From assembly GCF_006345805.1 (NCBI RefSeq), contig NC_043002.1:102548001-102612000 (forward strand): a DNA stretch of 64,000 nucleotides, written 5' to 3'. Position 1 is the first letter of the stretch, and every line of letters starts with the position of its first letter. A program made the position numbers and the translations under genes. Below the pieces are notes generated by a model. That model was not told where the DNA came from and searched no databases. It was given only the letters and a program-made list of their open reading frames with translations. This DNA comes from Octopus sinensis. Its lineage: Eukaryota. Positions 43,700-57,257 of the stretch are shown in pieces.

Positions 43700-43839
43700 T
43701 ACGTACATTATTTACGTTTGACGGATATAAGTCATTCTCTTGTTTATTGTAAACACAACATTTCGGCTGATATACCCTCCAGCCTTCATCAGGTGTCTTG
43801 GAAAAATTTCGAAACTGGGTCTTATTCCTAAGGTAATTT

Positions 43840-43886
<47 letters not shown>

Positions 43887-44420
43887 TATAATTATTATTA
43901 TTCAGGTCACTGCCTGGAATCGAACTCAGAATCTTGGAATTAATAGCCCGCGCTCTTAACTATATGCCCGTGAGCAATTATGGAGTGAATTTTATGGTTT
44001 ATAAATCTAATATTCTCCTTAATATCCGTTCCCATATACTATTCATATCTGTACTCGGTCTGCTTAGGAGGTTGTTAGGAGGTGTCCTAACATGTGTGCT
44101 GCTCCTTTTAGTTTTCGTATCTTCCAGTGGTGTTCTCTATCTGTTAATTTAACTTCATCCCACAGGGGGAGGCGGTCTCCAATTTTCGATACATAATCGG
44201 CTCTACTCGATTTATCAATATCTCCTCGTGCCACAGCTTTGCGATGTTGGACTACCCTTATTTTGAGAGGGCGGCATGTTTCGCTTTTGTATAACATATG
44301 ACAGCTGCATTTCCCCAAGACACCCGATGAAGGCTGGAGGGTATACCAGCCGTAACGTTGTGCTAACAACAAACAAGTTGAGGACAAATATCCGTCAAAG
44401 GTAAATAATGTAAATAATGT
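43700..44420 (-). mobile_element. 5'-truncated Penelope-like element: GIY-YIG fragment between inverted pseudo-LTRs
   Basis: CSCHMLYKSETCRPLKIRVVQHRKAVARGDIDKS...LPLWDEVKLTDREHHWKIRKLK matches PLE GIY-YIG endonucleases. Arms 43700-43807 and 44309-44420 are inverted copies. Confidence 0.85.
43753..43796 (-). ncRNA. Minimal type I hammerhead motif in PLE pseudo-LTR
   Basis: ACAC-CTGATGA-A-GGCTG-(GAGGGTATAT)-CAGCC-GAAA-TG-TT-GTGT. Confidence 0.6.
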
Positions 44421-44534
44421 ACATAATGCAGAGCAAGAACAAAATGTTAATGTAAGAATCACCACTTTGTTTACATTACCATCACATATGTATCAATTAT
44501 TTTCTCATCGTAACCCATGTATTTATCTATATTC

Positions 44535-44585
44535 GCATTCTGAAGAGATTTACTTCAACCAGTAAATCGAAACGATCGTAAATGC
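44535..44585 (+). ncRNA. Type I hammerhead ribozyme motif, fully canonical
   Basis: GCATT-CTGAAGA-GATTTACT-TCAACC-AGTAAATC-GAAA-CGATCG-TA-AATGC. All three stems pair, the core is intact, and GUA cleavage is predicted after 44580. Confidence 0.85.
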
Positions 44586-44682
44586 TACCCTCATCTCTGC
44601 TTCTTCCTTCTTCGTTATCCATTTAATTAAAGACATACCAGCGAAAGCCACCAGTTTCCCATTGTTATTATATCCATTTACT

Positions 44683-44727
<45 letters not shown>

Positions 44728-44734
44728 ACATGAT

Positions 44735-46170
44735 ATCTCCATACTCCAACTTCAGGAGAAGTCCAGAAAGCAGAAAATGCCATTATATATAGCCTTCATT
44801 GATCTGACAAAGGCCTTTGACTTGGTAAGTAGAAAAGGCCTCTTCATCCTGCTCCATAAAATCGGATGTCCACCAAAGCTGCTGAGGATCATCATGTTTT
44901 TCCATGATGATATACAAGGCACCATACAGCACAATGTTTCAACATCACACACCTTCCAAATAAAAAACGGGATAAAGCAAGGTTGTGTCCTTGCTCCTAC
45001 ATTATTTGGCATCCACTTCTCGCTCTTGCTCTCATATGCCTTTCAGACATCAGATGATGGAGTGTTTCTGCACAGTAGAAGTGACGTGAAACTGTTCAAT
45101 CTCTTGCGCCTGCGTGCCAAGACCAAAATCAGAAGCGTCCTGATCAAGGAGATGCTATTTGCTGATGATGTCGTTCGGGTATCACACACAGAAGAAGCCG
45201 TCAAAAGGCTCATTAACTGTTTTGAGCAAGCATGTAGCGACTTTGGCTTAGTTATCAGCCTCAAGAAGACCAACATCATGGGTCAGGCTACATCGGACAT
45301 CCCAAACATACATATTGGAGACCACAGATTACAGGAGGTGGAGAAGTTACAGGAGGCTCTACCGTCACCTACAACCTATCCTTTGATGCTGAGCTCAATA
45401 TACGCATTGGCAAGGCAGCTGCTGCGATGGCCCAACTCTCCAAACGGGCATGGGACAACAATAAGCTGACCAAGACCACGAAAATGAAGATCTACCAGGT
45501 ATGTGTACTTAGCACTCTACTCTATGGAAGTGAGACTTGGACGCTATACACACACCAAGAGCGTCGACTAAACATCTTTCACCTGCGCTGCCTCCGGAAA
45601 ATCCTTCGCATCAAATGGCAGAATCATGTCTCCAACAAACATGTCCTCAAGCAAGCAGGAATACCAAGCATGTTTGCACTCCTCACACAATGACGTATGA
45701 GATGGCTTGGGCATTTTAGCCGCATGAAAGATGGCAGAATCCCCAAGGACATAATCTACGTAGAGCTTGCTAGGTGTACTAGGTATGTGTGTAGACCGTT
45801 CTTACGTTACAAAGATGTTTGCAAAAGGGACATGAAGGCCTGCAACATCAATATTAGGAATTGGGAAGCAGTTGCCAGCAATCGTGGAGATTGGCGACGT
45901 ACCGTAAAAGAGGGAGTACAAAGGAGTGACAGAGAGAGAGAGAAGAGAAATGGAAAGGCAAGAAAAGACGTCAACAAGAAGCTATGACATTACAACCAGC
46001 CAGGGACAGTATTTGCTACAGTTGCGGCACCTGCCAGAGGGAGTGTTTGTCCAGGATAGGACTACACAGCCACAGCAGGAAATGTATTAGGACATGAAAT
46101 GTAAACGCCGGACTAGATTATTTTATGCGCAACTCCATTGTCTCTCGAGACAAAAAGGATGCCAACCAAA
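44735..46170 (+). mobile_element. RTE-clade (BovB-like) LINE, 5'-truncated, RT plus C-terminal zinc finger, pseudogenised
   Basis: AFIDLTKAFDLVSR...GIKQGCVLAPTLF...EMLFADD...LYGSETWT...FHLRCLRKIL...RWLGH...C..CQRECLSRIGLHSH; frameshift near 45350 and stop at 45691. Confidence 0.95.
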
Positions 46171-46186
46171 TATATATATATATATC

Positions 46187-46258
<72 letters not shown>

Positions 46259-46263
46259 GTATT

Positions 46264-46315
<52 letters not shown>

Positions 46316-48184
46316 TATGTATGTATGTGTATATATATATATATAAGTATGTATGTATGTCTGTATATATATATATATATATATATCAAGGCAAATTTAT
46401 AAACGTCACTAAAATGACATAGAGTACAGAGTGGTAAGTGCATTGCCAGATATGAGAGTCAAAACAACTCATTTGCGACATCTGCATCATTAAGATAGTG
46501 GCGTCTATAAATTTGCCTTTTGTTTGTTAAAATGGTAATAAACCACGCCTATCATATATATGTAATTATATATGTGTGTGTGTATATGTGTGTGTGTATA
46601 TGTGTGTGTGAAAGAGACAGAGTGTATGTGCGTATGTGCGTGTGTGTATGTGTGTGCTTTTCTGTGTATGAAAAGGTATGTATAAATATCTACGTACATG
46701 CATACATATCTACTCTGTTGTAATTGGCTAGCATTACTTACGCAGCGTCTCTGGAGTCCAGAGATATACGTAGGACGTTGACTGGAACTTCTCTCTCTCT
46801 CTCTCCCTCTTTATCTCCCTCTCCCCCTTATCTCTCTCTCTCTCTCACACACACACACAAACATACATTCGTATCCCCACCAGTCTATTTATGCAAATTG
46901 TCTTCATAAATTTTTGAGTTCAAATCTCACCGATATTGAAACTAACTTCCATAAGTGTTTGATCTTTAAGATAATAAAAATTTAAAAAAGCCCTTCCTTT
47001 CAATTGATGTTGCCTTCTCTTTTATGTCTGTCTTTCGAATCTGATAAAAATGAATCGTGCGTCATAATGAATAAATGCACTCCATCACTGCTCGGTCGTG
47101 TTATCTACACTTTATTTTATTTTTTTGATCTGTTACATTATTATAACTTCATTATCGAATGTGTCTTCCTAATATTATGTATGTAAAGCAGTTGAGAGAA
47201 AACGGTCCGATATACGATGCAATCATTACCAACCGAAAATGAAAGCTTCAGAATTTTCACGCGGCACTCGACAAATAACAACGAAATCGCCATCTTATCG
47301 CACACTACTTTCTAACAAAGAGACAAAATGACATGAGATAATATATTCCTTGTTCTGTTGCTAGGAAAAGACGCATTGGTCACTATAGGAATGTCTGTGA
47401 ATAAAGGTTTGCGACATTCAGAATAATTACATTCAGGAAGGCAACAACAACGTTAACAAAAACAGATGATGATGATGATGATGATGATGATGACGATGAC
47501 TACGACGACGACGACGATGATGATAATATACACCATCATCAGCATCATCATCTGGAACTATACAAGAACGACATCATAATTATCCTCGTCGTTGACGTCT
47601 ACCACGTCTTTGTCATCCTCATCATCATCTTCATCAACAACATCAACAGCAACAATAATAGCTCCATGCATCAACAGACTTATAGATTTAATTACTGTTG
47701 CGTTAACAACATAAAAAAATTTGACTTCAACATTTGACGTCATCGAACGAAGTTGTGCAAATTGATGTTTGCATTCTACTTACCTCTCTTGACAAAGATA
47801 CAGAACTGGTGGAGTCACAAACTTCTGTAACCACACATCAGTTTATAATATTCACTCTCATGGCACACAAAATGGTTGTCTAACAATGCTGTCAATTGTA
47901 TTTAATAGGACATTGACACTATAATGATGCTCTTCTTTTGCTAATATTAAAGATACAAACCTTTCTTTACTGATGAGTTTTTCATAAATATGTCATTTTT
48001 CAGTCAGTGAATTTGAATATGTCACTTGGGAGATCACGGCTGAGAATGCTGGGCGAAACTTCTAAGAGCTGTTACAAGGATTTGGAACATCTTAGCACAT
48101 CCGTTTTGTCAACGGGTATTTGGCGTCGCTTATTCAACACCGACTTAATTGACCCCGTGCGTTTTAATGCTTCTCTCGTTTTCC

Positions 48185-48230
<46 letters not shown>

Positions 48231-48851
48231 GTATCTCCATTTACGTCTATCTTTCTTTCCTTCTTTCATTCATTCATTCATTCTTTCTTTCGTTCTTCTT
48301 TCTTTCTTTCTTTCTTCCTCTTCCCCCTCTCTTTGTTTAACTGAGCGAGCATCTAGTAATGTTTTCATGTATATGTTATGTAACCCCCTCTATCCTTCTA
48401 TTTGTCCCCATCCCTCTGAATGCATATATTTCGGTGCGCGCACGGGTTTTTGCTTCGATCGCCGAAATGTACTGATGTCCAAACAAGTTGAATGTCTAAT
48501 TAATCGATCCAAGACGCCTGTGTCCTAACATCGAGCCCAATCGCCTTATTCTTAAAATGCCAAGGATCCCATTAATCCTCCGAAGAACATTGATCGTAAA
48601 TAACCTTCAAAGACATAATGACACAACATCCTTACATAAAACCTGACGTCATATGCGAGATGTCCTCATTGTGTCTTACACAATCTGTGAGATAAAACAA
48701 GCTACGAGTCATTTCATTAAATGTGTAACGTGTTCTATCTTTTAACTCAAGCGATTACATCTCTGGCGATAATTTCGATAAGAAAAGTGCATTTAAAAAT
48801 TGTTTTAGGGTTTAAAAAAAAATAGTATGGCATATTACAGGTTCACATACA

Positions 48852-49253
48852 TCTTTATATATAAAAGAGAGGTTGTGTGCTGTCTGTCTCCTACGATTTA
48901 GATTCCTAACTACTCCCACATTTTGCGGTGCAGTTTAACCAAAACCGGGTATCTTATAGTCGTGATTCATATCGAGCCCTTCTGGGTATTAGCGCGCGTC
49001 TTCGATGAGTCTACGATTTAAAAAAAATAATTACCATCAATTTTTCCCATTTTTAATGCATTTTTGGCATATATAAGGGAAGTAACTCTCTAAAAATTTA
49101 TTATTAAATCTCAGAACGTAAAAAGCTACAGTAACACCCACCCCCCACTTTGTGGTTAGCCATATTGAGATGGCTATTATACTTTACATCTCTAAAAATA
49201 CTTATATAGTTATTTCCCTTACAAATCCGAGCAACGCCGGGCGATACTGCTAG
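48852..49253 (+). mobile_element. Non-autonomous Helitron-like element
   Basis: A|TC-TTTATATATAAAAG start; the end CCGAGCAACGCCGGGCGATACTGCTAG|T is identical to that of 38226-38592. Confidence 0.8.
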
Positions 49254-49868
49254 TAATATATAAAATAAAATTTAATCATTTGAAAATTACATTCTTAAGG
49301 AAGAAAAATCTCTGGCAGTAATTAATAAGAGTTGGACTGACCAGCCTTGGATGAAATAGCGTTGGGTACGATCATATTTAACATAGTCGTGTACACATGG
49401 AAATGGAAAGCCAATGCGCTGCAGATGTTGTACTGAGTGAAGAAATCTCCCATTAATTAATGTTCGTGAAAAAGACGCCATTGGGCTGTGAATGACGTCA
49501 TTGGACCGTAGGACGCTTGCTCTTCTGCGTCGTCATGCTTCATCAAGACAGACACCGAGCCATCATCTATGAACAACAAAAACTCATTGTTCTTACATTA
49601 GAACACCAAATGGTGCATTTGCTGATGTGCTCAAAGCTTTGTTAAAGAGACGAACGGAGATAAATTTAACGTAATAATTACCAATGAGCATGGCCAGGAT
49701 AATGAATGCCGCCACATTTTTCGGATTGTTGGATGTCCCCAAGCTAACTTTTTCAGATTAAACTCCGATGCTGGTATATCGAGAGATTATCTAGCATATC
49801 TCTTTCTCCAGCTCTTATTGTAGATACCTGTAGCGCGCTTTAATATATATATATATATATATACGTGT

Positions 49869-50113
49869 GGAGGCGCAATGGCCCAGTGGTTAAGGCAACG
49901 GACTCGCGGTCGTAGGATCGCGGTTTTGATTCCCAGGGGGGGGGGTGATCCCTGCTGTACTCTTTCACCACTCTTTCTCACACTCTTTCCTCCGTTGGCC
50001 TTCTCGCTTAGCCAGCGGGGTGCCGTCATTCTAAGGCTAAAACAATGCGAACGCATTGTGACCAGCGATGTGTAACTACATATGATGGACTGGTCGGTCA
50101 CGTGATCACGTGA
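49869..50113 (+). mobile_element. tRNA-derived SINE, family C, internally deleted
   Basis: GGAGGCGCAATGGCCCAGTGGTTAAGGCAACGGACTCGCGG...GGTTTTGATTCCCAG; head and CCCTGCTGTACTCTTTCACCAC block shared with 9124-9510. Confidence 0.82.
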
Positions 50114-51612
50114 TATATATATATATATACGTATACGTAGTAAATCATTTCGAGGATTTGACTGGTATTTTATCGATTTCAGAAGCTTGAAATGTAAAGT
50201 TGGCCTCGGCGGGATTTAACCTTCGAGTAACTTTCTTTGATTATATACTGCAGGGAAGTTATATGATGCTCCATCGATTTTCTCAACAAGCCACATGAGT
50301 ATATCTATGTGTAATATCGCCAGTGGACATTATCTGCTAACATAAAACAATAGTAAGGAATATATTTCAAATTGATTTATACATATTCCCTGATAAATTA
50401 TGCATGCTAGGAAATCGGCTTCTATGGATGGCAAAGAAGAATTACTAAGAAAATTATGATGAGGTGTTGGAGGCAAATTTTCGTAGAAAGAATAAATAGA
50501 ATTCGACGATAATTAATAGATATCTCTTCTCGTTTGTCGCTGATTTGTTCACAACTGATCTCGGATAACACAGTGAGCTAACTGTAAAACGCTTTACGTT
50601 TATCACGAATTGATCTGTGATAGCAAAGGTTAGCGATCTGGTAACGATTCTCCTTGCTCTGCAAAAGTGCGTTTCAGCAAGAATGCACAATGCTCAGAGC
50701 GCTTCTTTGGTTCACGGAATGTTATCCATTTCCCCCGTATGTTCTATTATTCATGTATCACTAATTCATTTATACAATTTTTGTTAGCCAAAAAGCGTGA
50801 TAAACGAGGATAGATATACTATGATGTTTGATATTAAACTGTGTACAAAACTTGTACAAAGATGATTTATTAGCTCCGGAAGAAGCGATATCTAGATTTT
50901 GAAGTTAACAAATATATATTTACAAAGGATTATGCACTAGAATATATCTTTGTGAATAAAGCTTCCCTGTATAAATATAATAACTGTATGTGGCAGAACT
51001 GAAAGGAAATATATGCCTTTATTTTCTGTAGCATTCTGTATATGATATATGGTGATAGGTCGCGTTGCTTCAGAAGCTTTAGTCGCAATAATATCTTCAT
51101 ATTCCGATACCGGCAGAAAAATATACAAAAATGTATTCTGCATTATGAAGCATAAATGTTGTTTAAAGAAGGCCCGGCAAGTTATTTGCCGTTGTTCATA
51201 CAATGAATGACAGAAGTCAGTCCAACATGATACGGATAATTCAGGTAAATCGGCAAATATTTTGCGTCTTTGGTTATTCTGCATTTATAATAAATATTAG
51301 CTAACGTTAATTAATTTTCAATAAGATGCATCGTCAATATGAGATGTATCACAACTCGAATTCTCTTTGTTTTCTCGTCATTACTTTATTGTTTATAGAA
51401 AGGAATTAACAACAAGAAATGCAGAGAGACGTTTGCCTTATTACTATCATCAATAAGATAATGCTGACAATTATATGGCACTCTTATAAAACAACGGTAA
51501 AAGTACGGACTTCCGGCTAATGTGATGTGTATTCACCAATGATGATGATGATGATGATGATAATAATAATAATAATATTATTTATAATAATAACAATAGT
51601 AATAACAACAAC

Positions 51613-51670
<58 letters not shown>

Positions 51671-51766
51671 TTAATAATAATAACAATAACAATAATAATA
51701 ATAATGAAAATAATAAAATATTATAATAATAACAATAATAATAACAATAACAACAACAACAACAAC

Positions 51767-51837
<71 letters not shown>

Positions 51838-52559
51838 TGCAATAAGAAAGTTGCATGACTGTTCACGAGCATTGTAGTTGAAACTTTGGTAACAACAGTT
51901 ATGGAACGTATTAAAAACAAAAAGAAAACATCACTCATTTATTGCTGGTTTGATAAAGAGTTCCTTTCGTGCAAATCAAATTAGTTTGCTGGCCATATTC
52001 AGGACAATAGCTAACGTGTGTCTGTTTGACATTCTTATTGGTAATTAATAACAAATTGGCATTCGATTGTTGATGCTTTGGCAGATAATGAATAAATTAG
52101 CACGTTAACTTCCTAGAAAGGGCAGTGTGTCCTTTCAGATATCAAGGGTTAATCTGTACTACTATCAATCTCTATGAGTTAAATGGAAAGCCTCCATTGT
52201 AAATATATAATACAGCACGTTGATAACAACAGCCATGACAGATATATCTGCGAGTGGATATGCAGGTCGAGAGATACATGTCAATTGTATATTGCTCTGT
52301 TTCTTATCTAGTCACAACGTTTTCGACAGGTTCATGAAGGTGTCGTAAGTCACATAGATTTCTTCACCAACATATAAGAATTATAACAGACACCTGCCCT
52401 ACATTGACAGAATGCTATAAACAGTCACAGGTGAGTGATGCTAGTGAAGAAAATAAATACATGGAATTACGTTGCAAGCGTATATCCATATATTTAATTA
52501 CAAGCTTATGTATAGGTGTACATCTATCTGTCTATTCATCTATCTATCTGTCTATCTAT

Positions 52560-52579
52560 CTATCTAGCTATATCTCGCG

Positions 52580-52615
<36 letters not shown>

Positions 52616-52849
52616 GTCAGTGTGTTTATGTATATATATACAAACATATGTGTATGTATATATATATATATGTGCGTGTGTATATATATATACACACACA
52701 TATATATACATACATATATATCCATATATATACATATAAATATCTCCATATATATACATATATATAAATATATACATATACATATACATGTATATATATA
52801 TACATGTGTGTATATATATACACACATATAGATACATATATATATATCC

Positions 52850-52941
<92 letters not shown>

Positions 52942-53170
52942 GTACATATATATATATACATATATATAAATATACGTATACATACATATATATATATACA
53001 TATACATATATATATAAATATATATATATACATATATATATGTACATATATATATATACGTACATATATATATATATATTTACATATATATATAGTTAAT
53101 CCAAACATAAAAACACAACAACGCGAGGACATAGAGCAAGTATAGTATTATTGGACGCTCAGGAAAGAAG

Positions 53171-53221
<51 letters not shown>

Positions 53222-53335
53222 TATATACATATATATATACATATATATATACATATATATATACATATATATATATATCTATGTACATAAATGCATACGT
53301 ATATATATATATACACACACACATATATATATATA
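52560..53335. repeat. Long degenerate (TA)n/(CA)n low-complexity tract; comparable tracts at 41780-42060, 46170-46385, 57257-57460 and 59800-60142
   Basis: Directly visible; source of the YI/IY ORFs. Confidence 0.97.
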
Positions 53336-53987
53336 TTGTCTTTGCGTAGAACGAGACATTAAGTTTTATGCTTATAGTTACTTGTAGAACTTCAGTGAAA
53401 ATCATTGCATTTAAATGGAGAACTGTACAAATATTTACATAGCACTTGGGTGACGCTATTGTTGCAACGTCCACCACTTTGCGACGAACTCAATATAATT
53501 TTATTGAAAACCTACACGTATTGTATACATTACAAGATATAAAATTAATATCAAGTGGAATAGAACAGAAGTTTTGCAAAGTATTTTACCGTAATAGAAT
53601 TATGAACATGATCAGCTCTTACACCACGACAAGTTGTAAGAACAGTTTTCAACCGTCTATTTGTGTTCAGTTTGTAGGAAGCAACGGGGCTTCCTTTCAT
53701 CTTTCGTAACGGCATTTTCCTTAAAACTCACTGCAATAAATCTTTAATGTTGTTGTTTTTGTTTCAGTCTTTTGACGGCAGCCATCCTGGGATACAACAC
53801 TGAAGAATTGTACTCAAACGAATCGACCACAGTAGCTCTCTTTAACGCTTAGAACGTATTCTATTATTCTCTTTTACCGGAGCCCTAAGATACGGGATCA
53901 GAAAAAACATCAACACCGGCTGTAAAGCTACGGTGGGTAAAAATCACAAGCACACCAACGCCAACACAAATATTTATACATCCATCC

Positions 53988-54063
<76 letters not shown>

Positions 54064-54078
54064 GTCTGTCTGTCTGTG

Positions 54079-54116
<38 letters not shown>

Positions 54117-54143
54117 ACTTACTAACTAACTAACTAACTATAT

Positions 54144-54202
<59 letters not shown>

Positions 54203-54203
54203 G

Positions 54204-54240
<37 letters not shown>

Positions 54241-54564
54241 TTATCTGAATATATTTCTGCTATCTATATATTTGTTGATTTGTATGTATGTATGTATATA
54301 TGTATGTATACGGCGGGCTTCCTACAGTTCCTGACTACCAAATCCACTCACAAACCTTTGGTCGTTCCGAAGCTAGAGTAGAACACATTTGCCCGATGTG
54401 CTACGTTGTGAGACTGCAACTGAGGGCACGCGGTTGGGAAGCAAGCTTTTTGTCACATAATTTTCCTCCTCTTGACAGGCTTACACAGCTGTACACCGAG
54501 AGGAAAATATAGAGGAATAAACAGAGTGAAGAAGAGCTAGATCTGTAGATTTATCGTGTTCATA

Positions 54565-54893
54565 CCTGAGGATGACGAGGAACAACTTATGGTCAGCCAT
54601 AAGGAAGGCTGATGACTTGTGCGGTGACTTTTTCAATGAGACAGGAAACACGATTCTGCAAATTCTTTCTGAACAACCTGCAGAAGTAATTTCTTTATAG
54701 TGATCAAATATGTGTGCCGTAGATTTACTCACTCTACCCATCGAATCGACTTTGACGGAACAGGTGGAACACCAGATGAAGTGTTTTGCCGAAGAACACA
54801 ATGCACCTCCCGCTCCAGAAGCAGAAACCGCGATCTAGCAATTGTGAGTGCAAAACTCGAAGCTCTAACCCAGGCGCTCTCACATTCGAATAA
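54565..54893 (-). mobile_element. Old tRNA-derived SINE, family D
   Basis: Minus strand head GAGAGCGCCTGGGTTAGAGCTTCGAG...GATCGCGGTTTCTGCTTC followed by TGTTCTTCGGCAAAACACTTCATC, a decayed SINE head and body. Confidence 0.55.
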
Positions 54894-55560
54894 CGACAAA
54901 CATTTATAAACACATTCAGATATAACTTATACACTCATAAACAGAATATATATATATATATACATACAAGTACATATGCATACATGTATGCCTCTATGTA
55001 CCGATGCATATCTAAGCGTTTGTGGGTGTAAGACTGTGGATAGATCGATAGAGGTTTTGTGTTTAAACAGTTTCCATAAGAGTGTTCAGAATAAGCAATA
55101 ATATACGTTCATAATTGTTTTTAAGTTCATCAGGAATCATAATTGTTTCTAAGCAAATATACAGAAATATTTTTTTAGACAGTATTTGATAGGAGAAAGC
55201 GTGTATTGCTTAGTCAAATCTTCATCAGAAATCATAATAGTTTATAAGGATTTTAGAGGAATGACCAATGACCAACCTGTTGAAAGGATGGTTGCTATTT
55301 TTAGAAATTCTGTGGGAGGATGGTTGAGATCAGTCATGTGATTTGATTTCGAATAGTATGTGGAATCAAAATATTTTTTTTGCTTCTAGGCTAGTCTGTC
55401 ATGGTTCGGTGGTTTTTCGACAGGTCTTAGAGTTCAAGAATGTGAGTGTGTGTGTGTGAAAGTGAGAGAGGGATGTCTGCACGGTTCTATGTGTGTATGT
55501 GTATATATATATGCTTGTGTATGCGTGTGGTGGTTTTTTGATGAGTTATAGAGTTCAGTG

Positions 55561-55591
<31 letters not shown>

Positions 55592-56076
55592 AGTCTGTGT
55601 ATGTGCGTGTTATATATTTAGCAAGGTGGTGTGTGTATATATGTGCACGTGTGTGTATGTGCATGCTTTGTATTGGTCAGAGTGCTGTGTATGTGTATGT
55701 GTTCGTCTGTGTGTGTGTGCGAGTGTATGTTTGCGCGTGCGTGCATGTGCGTATATGTGTGTGTCTCTGTGTGATTGCAAAACATGTATACGAGATTGTA
55801 GATGAAGTAAAAAAATTGGTCATTGGTCATTCTTCTAAAATCTTTATAAACTAATATATGTGATGAAATTTTGACTCAGCAATACACCCTTTCTTCTATT
55901 AAATACTGTCTACAAATTGTTTCTGTAAATTTACTTAGAAACAATCATGATTTTTGATGAGTTTATAAACAATTATGAACATATTTGACTGCTTATTCTG
56001 AACACTTTTATGTAAACTGTTTAAACACAAAGCCTTTCTTAACATATTCTTATCATTGTCAAAAAATCTATCACTG

Positions 56077-57257
56077 TATTGTTCACTGATATTTCTTCCT
56101 ATCTTGTCTGTAATGGATTTGTGACTATTCGGTGGTACAGAAATATAGGGATGGTATTATTAAAATACCATCACAAGTGGTAAGCGAATTATTAGCCGTA
56201 CAGGCAAATTAATAAAATATATACATACAATATTAGATATGTACATATATACACCAGGGTAATACATGAATACCTATATCGCACTATACATTTTAAAATC
56301 ACTTTCTTTACAAAGTGAAACCAGTCAAGTCAATAAACCTCCTCTTCCCTACGCTCACGACGTCTGAAGCCTTTGAACTTTGCGTAACCTTTTTACACTT
56401 TCTCATCCTTTTTTATACTTTCATAATATTTTTATACTTTCTTCTCTTTCCCATTGCCGTTTCTACCCTCTTTGGTTGTTCTACGTTCTATGTTTTCTCT
56501 ATCTTCCCTTCTATGTAGCTCTCCTGTGTGACCCTTCTGTCCGGCCTTCGCCATGATAGATCGCTAGGCACTACACATTCTTTATTTTCTCTTCTTGTTT
56601 ATTTCTGACTTGCTTTATTGGAAGAGCGTAGGCTCGACACGTTAAAGCCTTTTTCGACTCCCGAGCGTTAAACTAATAAATATGTTTGTTGTCTACACCA
56701 CCTGTCTTCGTCTTTTTAAAATTCTCTCTATTATATATACACACACACATATATATATATATATATGTACATGCAATATTAGATATGTACATACATAAGG
56801 GTACTACATGAGTACCTATATCGCCAATGATAGAAGTCGAAAAATGCTTCTGTACCACCGAATAGTCACAAATCCATTACAGACAATATAGGAAAACATA
56901 TCAGTGAACAACAATAATGTCTTACCTCAAATGGGTCTCAACACGCCTAGGTGGCTCTAAATTTCGAAACCGGTACTGAGTTGACCAGCATTTACTTGTT
57001 CTGACCCATTTGAGGTAAGACATTATTATTGTTCACTGATATTTTTTTCCTATCTTGTCTGTAATGGATTTGTGACTATTCGGTGGTACAGAAGTATTTT
57101 TCGACTTCTATCATTGGCGATATAGGTACTCATGTATTACCCTTCTGTATATATGTACATATCTAATATTGTATGTATATATTTTATTAATTTACCTGTA
57201 CGGCTAATAATTCGCTTACCACTTGTGTTGGTATTTTAATAATACCATCCTTATATT

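Noticed and set aside
51266-51310. TCTTTGGTTAT matching the miR-9 5' end
   Set aside because: Only 11 nt match and there is no complementary star arm or hairpin. Similar seed-only matches (18551, 47072) were also dismissed.
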